A stretch of 64,000 nt of DNA from Octopus sinensis. Taxonomy: Eukaryota. The translations under genes were made by a program, and so were the position numbers. Shown piece after piece: positions 36,994 to 48,809 of this stretch. Position 1 is the stretch's first letter, and each line of letters opens with the position of its first letter. The stretch is from positions 143,964,001 through 144,028,000 of the forward strand of contig NC_042997.1 in the NCBI RefSeq assembly GCF_006345805.1, read 5' to 3'. The notes beneath the pieces are model-generated. The model was not told where the DNA came from. It saw only the letters and a program-made list of their open reading frames with translations, and did not search any database.

Positions 36994-37924
36994 TATCTTC
37001 TGAGTATCTCTTTATAAATTTCCGTTATATATATTGAAACGACACATTACATCTGACAAATAGTTTTTATTAGTTAATAACCTTTCTTGAAAATATTCAA
37101 AATTACTTTTAATTCCTTCAATTCTTTTTCTGCGTGCATCTACAAGTTTAGACACAAATTAGGTTTCATTTCCTATTTATACTTTCATTATTCTTTGCAC
37201 TTACCATTTCTCGCTGCTTATCACAAGTATCTATTATCGTGTTGCCTTTTTACGTGTAGCCATATTTGGCGTACTTAATAAAATGGGAAGAGACAAATCT
37301 GCACTCCAGATAAGGTAGTGCATTCTTATCCATGAAACTTAAGTAGCAAGTTTGAATGAATTAAAATACCGTATTAGAACCACACGCACACATAAACATA
37401 TACACAAAATAACACACACATATATGGCGAAGAGAGTGGGAATTGAGTTGAATGAAAAGAGGAAATATGTGGGAGAAGATAGATGGGAGACGTGATATAT
37501 GAGAATAGAAAGGAAAAGAATTTTAAATAATTACGAGCTTTAACATAAGGAGCTTTGAAACATTCAATAATCATTTGCTTGGAGTTCGAATACAACCAGG
37601 ACTGAATCTGATTTGAATCCCTTTAAGTTCGGTAGAATAATTACCTAAAATATTTTTGGTTTTTGTTTTTGGCATGAGTCCATACATAATTGCGCGAAGG
37701 CAGGAAATGAAATTGACGTTCAAGCCTTTTCCAAGTATATTGCAGCGATAGTAGTTCTATGATATTCATGCTTTCATGCACGTATGTATTGACTTGTGTA
37801 TATGTGTAGGTGTGCGTATGTGCATATGTGTGTGTGTGTGTTTGTGGAAAGAGGCAGTGGGGGGGGGGCAATAATGGAATGACCACCAAAGTAGTTGGTC
37901 CTTGAAAAGGATAAAACATGCTTT

Positions 37925-37985
<61 letters not shown>

Positions 37986-38785
37986 AGCGGTGAGCCAATG
38001 ACTGAACGTCCATGAAGACACTCTACCGCCTGAGATTAACTGACGAATCGCCCTCAAAGACACTCTGTTTCTTCTCTTCAAAGAGGACAGTTACAATGGA
38101 TAATGTAATCCTAAATTCACGGTGTCTGAACGGAATACACAATGTCCATAAGTGCAACGCGTCTCAGACCGTGTCTCAGTTTGTTAACTACCACCTTCTT
38201 ATTCTAAGTCAGCTGTTCTAAATCGTCGTTGTATAATTCCGAAAAGATCACGATCACAAACCTTTAACGCTTGAAATATTTAGTACAGTGTAAAATGATC
38301 ACCGATATATTTATGCAATAAGCCATATGCTGTATGAAAGTTACAACGCAACATCTTTAAATGAAAAACCGAGGAATATTTCCCCATGAAAAGGATCAAA
38401 TGCAGTGACGGCAGTCGGTCTTCCGATCAAACCAAGAATATGATGTTTCCGTTGTTATTTTTAAATTTTTATTTGTTGGTACTCTCTGACCGTCGTAAAT
38501 ACTGATAGAAGTATCATCGAGCTTTTTTCGGTGGCACGAAGTCTGTTTTGAACTCAGAACGGACAAATTCACATAGTACCCCGTCCGACACTCTAACAAT
38601 CCTACCAATCCACATTCTGGGAATGATATATTATTTGCCGTCCTCGAAATAATTCCTGACAAAGTTGTCGTTGGCAAAATCTGAACCCAGGGGACACAGA
38701 ATAAGAACACATACAACAAAACATTCTGTCGACTTCCTTACATCTTTGCTAATTCATCGACCCACGTATATCGTACTTATTTATG

Positions 38786-38819
<34 letters not shown>

Positions 38820-39409
38820 TTATGTATGCATGAATGCATGTATGCATATTTCATTTTTAAAAGGGATCGCAGATGATTATGGATCTGTCGAAAAAGGTTG
38901 TCGCCATAGTAAAAGCTTTGGAATCGCTGCTTTACAACGTACATCAGCAATAGATTGCTATCGATTCAATCGATTCTATTAAAATCTCACAGCTGATAGA
39001 AAATTTTTCACTTGGAGTTTAGCAAGAAAATACGATTAACGTAGTTTTGTCACGGAATTTACCCACAAAATTTGTTATTCTTACGCACAAATGAGTTTTA
39101 TGATGCAAAGTAGATTTCTCCTCTACGCCAATCAGAAATCTTCAGTTCAATTGTGATAACATACTTCAAAGAAACTGGAAAAAAATATTGCTGGGAAAAA
39201 CATTATCAAAGTATCACACAGAGGACTTTTAGAACCAGCAGCTATTGGTGTTGGAATAGTAAATGCTTTGACAATCTCTGTTATATTTCGGAATTCAAAT
39301 CCCAATAAGGTTAGTTATCTATCATGAAGTGTTAAGCAGCAACAATGCGTTATAGATAAAATACGCCCAGCAGCGTTATTCTATGATACAACAGTATAAT
39401 AACTTCTGT

Positions 39410-39580
39410 GATGACCACAGCGAGATGGTGGAATCGTTAGATCGTTGAAAATAAAATAAAATAAAATACCTTGCGGTAACTGTTCCTACTCTTTACATTC
39501 TAAGTTCAAAGCCCGCCCATGTCAACATTGCTCTTCATCCTTTTGGTTTGATAAAATAACTACCCCCAAAATTGGGGTCG
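39410..39580 (+). mobile_element. Old family-A SINE, truncated
   Basis: gagatggtggaatcgttag...ctaagttcaaagcccgcc...catcctttt...ggggtcgat. Confidence 0.65.
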
Positions 39581-39790
39581 ATGGGCTGCTCGACATGAAG
39601 ATAATTCTAACTGGGCCCAGCTGCAAGGTCATGCGCTTTTATCTTCATATGAGATTGCCAAGTCGCGCACACATGGTTGTGATGCATGTGCCTTGTGTAG
39701 CCTTATCAAACGTGTAGTCATGATGAGTATACTGGGCTTCGTATATGTGTACCCCAGTGTCACTTTGATGGTATTCGCTACACTCTGACA
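39580..39790 (+). mobile_element. Element X, 5'-truncated copy ending at taataat
   Basis: Reverse complement of 62185-62400. Confidence 0.85.
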
Positions 39791-40126
39791 TAATAATATT
39801 ATTAATATATCTAACACTCAGCTTTTTGCTGATGGTGTCATTAATGTAGCAGCTGATTACTTCCCGTGAATTAAGGTGGCACTGTCTTTTCAAGTTTCAA
39901 GAACTTTACAGAGTCTCCGTACTCTGCTAATTAATGCTGTTCGCTGGATGTGCTCTATGTTCAATTGCATGTCTGTCTTTTTTACCAACATTTTTCAATT
40001 TTTTGCACACTGTACTACGAACATCAACATTGACCCGAAATATTATTATCACTACCATTCGGGTTGTTGTTGTTTTGTTGCTATAATTATCATTATTATT
40101 ATTATTATTATATTATTATTATTATT

Positions 40127-40159
<33 letters not shown>

Positions 40160-40161
<2 letters not shown>

Positions 40162-40558
40162 AAGGTGTCTAGCTGGCAGAATCGTTAGCGCGCAGGACGA
40201 AATGCTTAGCAGTATTTCACTCGTCGCTACGTTCTGAATTCAAATTCCGCCCAGGTCGACTTTACCTTTCGTTGTTTCGGGGTCGATAAAATAAGCACCA
40301 GTTGAACACTGGCGGCGATGTAATCAACTCATCCCCTCCCCCAAAGTTGCTGCCCTTTTGGCAAAATTTGAAACCGTTATGGTTATGATTATTATTATTC
40401 TAAGACGGCGAGCTGGCAGAATGGTTAGCACGTGTGGACGAAATGCTTAGTGATATTTCGCTCCTCGCTACGTTCTAAGTTCAAATTCCGCCAAGGTCGA
40501 CATTGCCTTTCATCCTTACAGAGTGAATAAATTAAGTAGCAGTGAAACACTGGGGTCG
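40160..40558 (+). mobile_element. Two tandem family-A SINEs (40160-40378; 40400-40558, truncated)
   Basis: Both carry heads with A and B boxes and the ggggtcg core. Confidence 0.88.
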
Positions 40559-41178
40559 GCACAGAATCCTCACCATGTCTTGTTGGCCATCATCGTATTC
40601 TTGCGATATAGTTCTTCCTATTACTTCTGCTTCTTTTACTGAGAATGCATTTACATTTACACTTTGCTCTACGTCTTCACTGCTGCCATTCATTTCTCTG
40701 TCCTCGTCGGATACGTTATCTGCTGGTGAAGTATTATTTCTAGTTTCTACTTTCCTTTTTAGCTTTTCTATTTCCATATCTGTTAACCGCCCTTTTGCTC
40801 TTACTGCTCTTGCCTTGTCAGCTAACCGTTGGTCACTTATTTCAAAGATTCCTATTTCATTCCATTTTTGCTTTCATGCGTTGTCGGAATCCTCTTCTAC
40901 TGGGTTCACTTCTGATCTAGCATTCAATTACCGTTCGGGGTGCCTCCTGATCCCACCTTCTTCTCTGCCTCTGGCTTTGTGTATAAGCAGTTTCTGGATG
41001 ACGGCCCGTCCTTTCGCTCACAAGCGAAAGGCTGTGTCAGGCGAAATGCTTTCACCTTTGGTTCCAGCCTCATTAACACTATTATTTGATACATTTGTAC
41101 TAGATATTTTCACTCAACATTGAAGTTTGCGTTCTAAGGTTAGCCACCAACAGGTATTATTATCGAAACGCCATCTCT
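40555..41178 (-). pseudogene. 5' end of an R4/Dong-type LINE (N-terminal domain), older lineage
   Basis: QKWNEIGIFEISDQRLADKARAVRAKGRLTDMEIEKLKRKV is typical of R4/Dong N-termini. It begins immediately after (TAA)n at about 41180-41195. Confidence 0.7.
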
Positions 41179-41195
41179 AATTATTATTATTATTA

Positions 41196-41700
41196 GCCTG
41201 GTGGCTGTGACGAAAGAGGTTGTTTGGTGGACGAGACTGAAAGACCAGAGAACAGATACATTCCTCTATGGTAGAGCTCTCATTGATTTCTTCACGTTTC
41301 ACTTGTAAAAGAAAATGAGAGTGGAGAGGGAAGTGCTGTCTTCGAGTGAGTTTATTGAAAGGTAGGCGAAAATGGCAAAAGTGGATGGTACCTCTCTAAG
41401 TGTAGATCTGTGAGTCGGAGAGAAGGAATTGGATAGGGCACTTGCCCTTGGGGTTTCAGAGAAATCTCGGACAGTGGGGTTCCTCGATTATCCCTAGAGA
41501 CCTTCCTGTATCAGGAAGGCCATATCTCTATAATCGTCTTTATTGTAACTTTTGTATGCTATGCATATGTCCCTTCTTTTTCAGTGTATACCCTGTGTAC
41601 ATACCCCTTTTTTTACCCTTTCATTATATGTAAACCCCCCACACTTTATGTCTGTCTTTGTATTGTCCCCCTCATCCTTCACCCTTGTGGCAAATAAATG
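41196..41700 (+). mobile_element. L1/Tx1-like LINE 3' end (ORF2 C-terminus and 3' UTR)
   Basis: LVAVTKEVVWWTRLKDQRTDTFLYGRALIDFFTFHL*KKMRVEREVLSSSEFIER*AKM...DL* (41198-41413). The UTR ends aataaatgaa before (ATC)n. Confidence 0.6.
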
Positions 41701-42334
41701 AAATCATCATCATCCTCATCATCATCATCATCATTACCATTATTACCATTATTATTATTATTATCATCATCATCAGCATTATTATTATTGCTGTTGTTGC
41801 TGTTATTCTGAAAAAAATAATTGCATCTGTTGCATTGTGGTATAGTGAAATACCTCCTGAACAAATAAAACTTCGAAAAATAATTGCACTTCAAAATCAA
41901 CGAAACCGAAGCCAACCAGACTCAGTGATTATTTCTCACAGCGTAATGATTTCCTATCGTACTACACCTCCTCTTAGCATTTATCAAGCATGTCCTCCCC
42001 TATTCACTCGTTATTCTTTCCATCGTATTTCACATTATTTCTTCTTTCTCTTCATTTTTGTCTTCTTCTTCATCTTCTCGTAACCGTCGTCTCTTCCTCC
42101 TCTCCTTGTCTCCTCCTCATTATGTGGTCGGAGCCGTAGGCCTGAAATAGCATGTCATCAAGTGGAGTCTGCAATGTATCCAGTTTCTGTTTAACCCAGA
42201 AGACCATAAGGGTCTCCTTGAATTGTAACCTACTGAGGGAGCAAAAAGAACGTCAATCAAATTGGTGATGCCTGGTAGAAGGTCCAGTTACTACTACACA
42301 TGTGGTAGTGAAAGTCATTCGAGAGCCTCTTGTC

Positions 42335-43100
42335 CAAAACAAAGAATGAGTTGAGCCGCTGGAGTGTTAAACAAAATACCTCGTGGAATTTCTTCCGATT
42401 TACCTTTTGAGTTTAAATACTACAGAGGTCAACTTTACTTTTCGTCCCTTCGCGTTCGATGAAATAAAGTACAAATCAAGAAGTGGGATCGATATAATCG
42501 ATTAACCTCTCTCTTCAAAAGCTCTTGCGGTGGGTTCACAGAGTCGTTAGTGCCAGAAAAAATGTTTTGTTTCAAATCACACCGAAGTCAACCTTGTCTT
42601 TCATCCTTTCGGGGTCAATATAATAAAGTATCAGTCAAGTACTGGGGTCGTGTAACATACTAACTTCCACTCCAGAAAATTATTAGCCTTGGTCTATATT
42701 CTTTTCTACTCTAGGTACAAGGCCCGAAATTTTGGGGGAGGACGCCAGTCGATTAGTTCGACCCCAGTACGCAACTGGTACTTAACTTATCCACCCCAAA
42801 AGGATGAAATGCAAATTTGACCTCGGCGGAATTTGAACTCAGAACGTAAAGACAGACGAAGTACCTATTTCTTTACTACCCACAAGGGGCTAAACACAAA
42901 AGGGACAAACAAGGACAGACAAACGGATTAAGTCGATTATATCGACCCCAGTGCGTAACTGGTACTTATTTAATCGACACCGAAAGAATGAAAAGCAAAG
43001 TCGACCTCGGCGGAATTTGAACTCAGAACGTAGCGGCAGACGAAATACCGCTAGGCATTTTGTCCGGCGTGCTAACGTCTCTGCCATCTCGTCGCTTTGC
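42335..43100. mobile_element. Cluster of four family-A SINE copies or fragments (two plus, two minus)
   Basis: 42335-42520 (+), 42540-42700 (+), 42700-42860 (-), 42865-43095 (-, full length). Confidence 0.82.
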
Positions 43101-43249
43101 CGTGGCCTTTATTAGAAACATTGATTGCGTTACACAGTGTTAAGAGTTGTTCCTCTTAGGTTTATTAAGAATAACAACGGTAATAAAGAGAAAGAAATGA
43201 TGTTCTAATGGAATTGAAAGGAAATATATTTACACGAAATCATTTCTTT

Positions 43250-43560
43250 TATCTTTGTGGGAATCATTGGACTGCGGCCACACTAGGTCATCGTTGCGAA
43301 GGATTTAGTCGAACAAATCTACCCCAGTACTTATTATAATGTATTTATTTATTTATTTTGTAAAGCATGGTACTTATTCTACCGGATCTATTTTGCCGAA
43401 CCACTAAGTTACGAGGACGTAAACAAACCAGCACCGGTTGTCAAGCAGCGGTGATGGGAAACAAACACAAACACCCACACATACTAATATGTACATTACA
43501 TTGGCCGGCCCGGGACTATAGAAGACACTTGCCCATAGTATCGCTCATCGGGGCTGGCCC
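43250..43560 (-). mobile_element. Family-B SINE, partial
   Basis: gactgcggccac...gccgaaccactaagttacg...ctatagaagacacttgccc. Confidence 0.75.
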
Positions 43561-44537
43561 TGAAATGGCTGTAAAGAAGACTTCTTAATCACACAGATGC
43601 ATCTACAAGTAGTTTCCTATTGTACATTTTGACGCCATGTTTATCAGTTTTGTAATGCCACTGGCCAAGTAGGGTCAATATTTTTCCATGAAATTTTCAT
43701 CACATTTTCAGTTTAGTTTTTATTTTTAATTTAAAAATAATCCATGATAATTTGTATTATAATTACAATTATACATTATAATTTGTAAGCTATGACAGAG
43801 TTCGCTTGTATTTTTATTAGGCACTCTTCAATTTAAATGTTTTATTTTTACATTTGCTATCTTTGGTTACTAACAATTAAGAACGCATCCCTTTAAAGTA
43901 GCTAATCTGCAAGGATAAACAGTTATTTTAGATCAAGATTAATTCCTCTCTAGATTTTTATGCATTTATATTATGGTTGTCTTGGTTTTGGAGGGTAGAA
44001 TGTAACTGTAAAATATACATATAGTATGGTAACTTATTCCTCTTGTGTCCATGTAGTTTCTGTGTTTTATTTGTGTACGTAGGAGTAAAATCCTTCCCAT
44101 TATTTTTATTGGGTACTGGTTTAGTTGTTTTCAGTGATGCGGAATGTTTCACTTGCCACTTTACGTATTTTTATGCATCAAATTCAATATGCATTCTCCT
44201 TATCTCGTTTTTATATCTGGGTACTATTTTTTGCTTTTGTTTAAATTTCTCGTTGATTTGACATGTTCTCTGTAAGTGTATTTACACGTGTTTACATGCG
44301 GTTGCCTTCTAGTGGTTGCTTTTTAGTGATTCGCGTGAAGATTACAATACAGTGCTTATATAAGGCAAAAAGCAGTATCATTTTACTAAATGGTATTACA
44401 TACACAAAGATTATAAAATATTTACACCATTTGTTTTCATTCTTCGTTATTATTTCATCAGTGTTAATGCATATTTTCGATACAGTGAAGTAGTAATATC
44501 AGTTGCATTCGTCCGAACTTCCTTCTTTATTATTATT

Positions 44538-44785
44538 TCTTCTGTTTATCACATGTTTTGTTGGAGCTCTGGTGTCTTACATGCGTAGCGGACTTGCTAC
44601 CTGCAGCCTACGGTACCGTGCTATCCATTCTTTTCAGCTATCTAATACTTTCCTGATTATTCTGGGCGTGCCAACGAGGCATACCTTTTGTAACAGTTTT
44701 ACTGGGCACTCTATTCCAATTTCCTTTATATTCCCCTTGATGCCTTCTGATATTGTTCCCAAGGAACCAACAATAATTGGCACTT
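44538..44785 (-). mobile_element. R4/Dong-type LINE extreme 3' end, third lineage
   Basis: VPIIVGSLGTISEGIKGNIKEIGIECPVKLLQKVCLVGTPRIIRKVLDS*, a distinct 3' UTR, and a taataataa tail. Confidence 0.8.
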
Positions 44786-44786
44786 A

Positions 44787-44968
44787 TTATTACCTCCGCC
44801 TTAGCGGAGGTATTGTTTTCAGTCGCGTTTGTTTGTTTGTTTGTGGACAAGATACCTGAAGAAACGCTGGATGTATTCGAATTAAACTTTTAGGGATGTT
44901 TGGGCTCGTGACTGGCACGAACTGCTTAGATTTTGGGATCGATCCGGTCCCGGACAAGGATTCTGGTT
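44787..44968 (+). mobile_element. Helentron/HINE-like non-autonomous element, 5' part
   Basis: ttattacctccgc-ctta-gcggaggt hairpin (44792-44811) followed by ttttc and (GTTT)n, the layout of DINE-1/HINE-like elements. Truncated by the LINE. Confidence 0.5.
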
Positions 44969-44980
44969 ATTATTATTATT

Positions 44981-47900
44981 CAGTAGTTTTATTTTTATAG
45001 CGTGTTTTCACTTCACTACCGAGCGCAGCTCTGTGTGCCTTGGGTATGTGCTGTGATTTGTTGTGATGCTCTGATGGTTATTGTATGGAAAGTGTTCTGC
45101 GTAGGATGTGTACAGTGCCTAGTAGTGCAATTTTCTGTATGTTATATGTGTTTGTAAGTCCTGGTGTTTTTGTTATGTATTTGTCTGAATATTTTTTTAT
45201 CATGCCTAATGCACCTACTATGATAGGAATTGTTTCTGTTTTCAGGTTCCACATTCTAGTTACCTCTATTTCCAGGTCTTTGTATTTTGAGAGTTTCTCC
45301 ATTTCTTTTAGATACACGTTGTCATCTGCCGGTATTGATACATCAATTAGAAAGCATTTTTTTCTTCATGATCTCTGACAACTATATCTGGTCTGGTGGC
45401 CTTAATTTCTCTATCTGTGTGTATCGGCATATCCCAGAGTATGGTTGCTTTCTCGTTTTCTGTGACCTTTTCTGGTGTGTGCCTATACCATCTTTTTTCT
45501 GTTGTTATTCCATAATGTTGGCATAGCTTCCAATGTATGTAGGTTCCAACTCTGTCATGTCTGTGAATATATTCCTTCTTAGCCAGGACTGGGCAGCTAG
45601 GGATAATATGATTTATTGTTTCTTGTCCATCTCCACATATTCTGCAGTTACTTGTAATATTTCTTTTCATTACATGTTTTTGGTAATTTCTGGTGGGGAG
45701 GCTTTGGTCTTGTGCTGCAATTAAAAATCCCTCTGTTTCTGCTTTGAGTCCTGAGCTTCTCAACCATTGCTGGGATTTTTCTTTGTCTATTTCTTTTGCG
45801 TTTAGTTTAGTGCAGTATTTACCATGAAGGGGTTTTTCTTGCCATCGTTTTATCATGGCTCGTTGCTGTTCTATTTTTAGTTTGGATTTCATTTGTTTTA
45901 TAGCTTTTGTTGTTTCTTCATCATCTTCTTCTTTGTGTTTATTAGGTGGTATGATTTCTTGTTTGTATTTGTCAGCTTCCTTAAATACTGAGAACAGTTT
46001 TTTGTTTTGCTCGTGTTTTGCTGCTATCTGGATCAGTTTTCCTTCCTTCTGAAGTAGGTATTTTTGCAGTCCTATGGTGGTTATTTTATAGTAGTTTTCC
46101 AGCTGTATAAGGCCTCTACCACCTTCTATACGTTGTATATATATTCTTTCTATGTCAGATTTTGGGTGATGCATCCTAGATCCTGTCAGTATTTTTCTTG
46201 TTTTCCTATCTATTTTGGACAGTTCATTTCGTGTCCAGTTAAGGATATTGTAGCTGTAACTTATAACTGGGACAGCTAAAGTGTTGATACCTATTATCTT
46301 GTTTTTAGCATTGAGCTCTGTGTTTAGTATTGATCTAACACGTCTATAATATTCTTTTTTTATTTTCTCTTTCATTTGTGTGTGTTGTGTCTTATCTAGT
46401 TCATGGATTCCTAAGTATTTGTAAGTTTGGCTTTGGTCTAATTCTTTTATTTCATTGGTTTTATCTAGTGTGATGTTGTTACTCTTAACTAGTTTTCCTC
46501 TTTTCATGGTTACTTTGGCGCATTTTTCTAATCCAAATTTCATATCTATTTCTTTGGTAAATCCATGAACTGTCTTTAATAGTGTTTCCAGCTGTTTGTC
46601 ATTTGCAGCGTATAGTTTTAGGTCATCCATATATAAAAGGTGGCTGATCGTTTTGTTGTAACATTTATATCCGCATCCAGTTCTATTTAGCATATCAGAT
46701 AGAGGTGACAGTGCCAAGCAGAAAAGGAGTGGAGAGAGCGTGTCTCCCTGGAATATTCCTCTTCTAATGGGGATGTCTTTGGTTTTCATGAGTCCCTCTT
46801 TTGTTTGGAGGTGTAGGACTGTTTGCCATTTATTCATAGAGTGCTCTATGAATTTTATGATTGTTGTGCTACTTTGTTAATGGCTAGTGTTTCGAGGATC
46901 CATGTGTGGGGGATGCTATCAAACGCCTTTTTGTAGTCAATCCAGGCCATACTGAGGCCTTTCTTCTTTCTGTGGCTGTCTTCAGTTATGGCTTTATTAA
47001 TAATTAGTTGATCTTTACAGCCATATGAGCCCTTGCGGCATCCTTTCTGCTCTTCTGGGAACAGTTTGTTTTCGTCCAGGTGCTTGTTCAGCCTTTGCGA
47101 TATCACTGCAGTAAATGCCTTGAACATAGTAGGGAGGCAGGTTATTGGTCTGTAGTTTTCTGGTTTTGTTGTTTCATTTGAGTTGGGAATTAAGATGGTT
47201 TTCCCCTTCGTGAGCCATTCAGGCATTGTCTCTGGCTCTGCTAGTATGCTGTTAAAGTTTTCAGCCAGCTTTTTGTGCATTCCTGTTAGATATTTCGACC
47301 AGAAGTTGGGGATCTTGTCATGCCCAGGTGCCTTCCAGTTGCTTAGTTTTTGCAGTGCCTGGGTGACCTCTTCAGTTGTTATGGGGGTCCAAAGTTGTTC
47401 AGATGCCGAGTTTGTTATTTTCATACTCCTTTTTTTTGGCTGTTCGTTCGCCGACCATATTTCTTTCCAGAATTCTTCCAATTCTTCTGCCGTTGGTGCT
47501 GCAGTGACTTCTATTTTATTTTTGCCCAGTTCTAGGTAGAACTTTTTGGGGTCGGAGTTGAACTTTTTGTTCTGTTCAAAGAAGCGTTGGCGTTTCTCGT
47601 ACCGGCGGATCCTTTGAGCTTTGGCAAGGATATCTTGCTTCAGCTTTTCTTTTATCTCCGGCAAATCTTTTTCTGTGATGTTATATTTGCGGAGCATTTT
47701 TGTTCTCTTTTTGTTGCTCAGTAGCGTTGCTTGTTTGCTGATTTCATTAAAATCGACAGGTCTTTTCTAATTTTTTTAATTTTGTTTTGGATGTTATTTA
47801 TCCACAGGGTTTGTTTGGGTGGTGGTACTCCTGTTTGGGCGGGTTTGGGTGAGTATCCAGCTTCTTTTGTGGCTGCAGTGGCTGCTGCGTATATCAGGTC

Positions 47901-48312
47901 ATTTAGTTCAGTGATATCACTTTTTTTTGTTTCAGTGGCTAGTTCAGTGACGGCTAGGTTTATGTTGTTTATAATTGGTGTTGTTATTGCGTTTATTTTT
48001 ATTCTTGGGAGGTATGGTCGGTGGTCCATTTTGAGCTCTGTGGTTTTTAGTTCTTTGATTATTTTATTTTTTATATTATCATAATCATTAGGCTCCCCTT
48101 CGTTGTTTACATCGTGTTTGTTGGGAATGTTGCGTTTGTCTTCGTGTTTTACAGTTTCAGTGTTTATATTATCGGGCATTGTTGTGTGGCTTCTATCTAC
48201 ATTTTCCTGGTGTATTTTTTCTTTTAAATGTTCTATTTCTATTTCTGATATTTTTTGGCTTTGAGAATGTATCTTCGTATCTATTTCTGATATTTTTTTG
48301 GCTTTGAGAATG
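44981..48312 (-). mobile_element. R4/Dong-type non-LTR retrotransposon, 3.3 kb, 5'-truncated, flanked by (TAA)n on both sides
   Basis: RT motifs KAPGHDKIPNFW, NYRPITCL, EQKGCRKG, WIDYKKAFDSIPH, GIFQGDTLSPLLF and LYMDDLKLY; CCHC CRICGDGQETINHIIPSC; RPDIVV and KLSKYKDL endonuclease motifs. Confidence 0.97.
45078..48300 (-). pseudogene. Single RT-REL ORF in four track segments (47718..48179, 46855..47697, 45347..46837, 45078..45317)
   Basis: The segments are stop-free internally and are joined by single-base frameshifts. Confidence 0.9.
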
Positions 48313-48332
48313 TATTATTATTCTTATTATTA

Positions 48333-48424
<92 letters not shown>

Positions 48425-48809
48425 CTGCGGTTGATGCGCTTCACTTCTGTTAGTAAACGGATAATTTTTTTCTTGGAAATATTTTATTTCATTTAATTTT
48501 TTTTAACATTACGTCAAATAAGAAACCCTTCTTCACTATGTGAAGAGCAGGACCGCTAATGCAGGCCATAAGAGGCACCTTTCTTACAGCAAAAATTTCA
48601 CCACCTCATAAATTTTAACGTTTAAAATGATAGTGATACCAAAACACACGTCCAAAGTTTATGAAGTGATAGAAGGCAGACCGATTTCCCTAAAACAATG
48701 TGTAATGCCGATTCCTCTTACCTCAACTTAAACACAGCTTGTCTACCAATGATAGTAGTCACGGAAAAATAGACGAATACGAAAACAATAGTAACAACAA
48801 CAATGCGTT

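Noticed and set aside
38000-38080. CTGACGA word with a repeated aagacactct as another hammerhead candidate
   Set aside because: No GAAA box or stem II in the required position.
40542-41123. 193-aa plus-strand ORF, and similar antisense ORFs at 13468, 36373, 45085, 47183, 47731 and 62920
   Set aside because: Antisense shadows of A-rich LINE coding strands, not independent genes.
42120-42270. Minus-strand open stretch RLQFKETLMVFWVKQKLDTLQTPLDDMLFQAYGSDH
   Set aside because: No convincing splice pair or known motif; within chance expectation.
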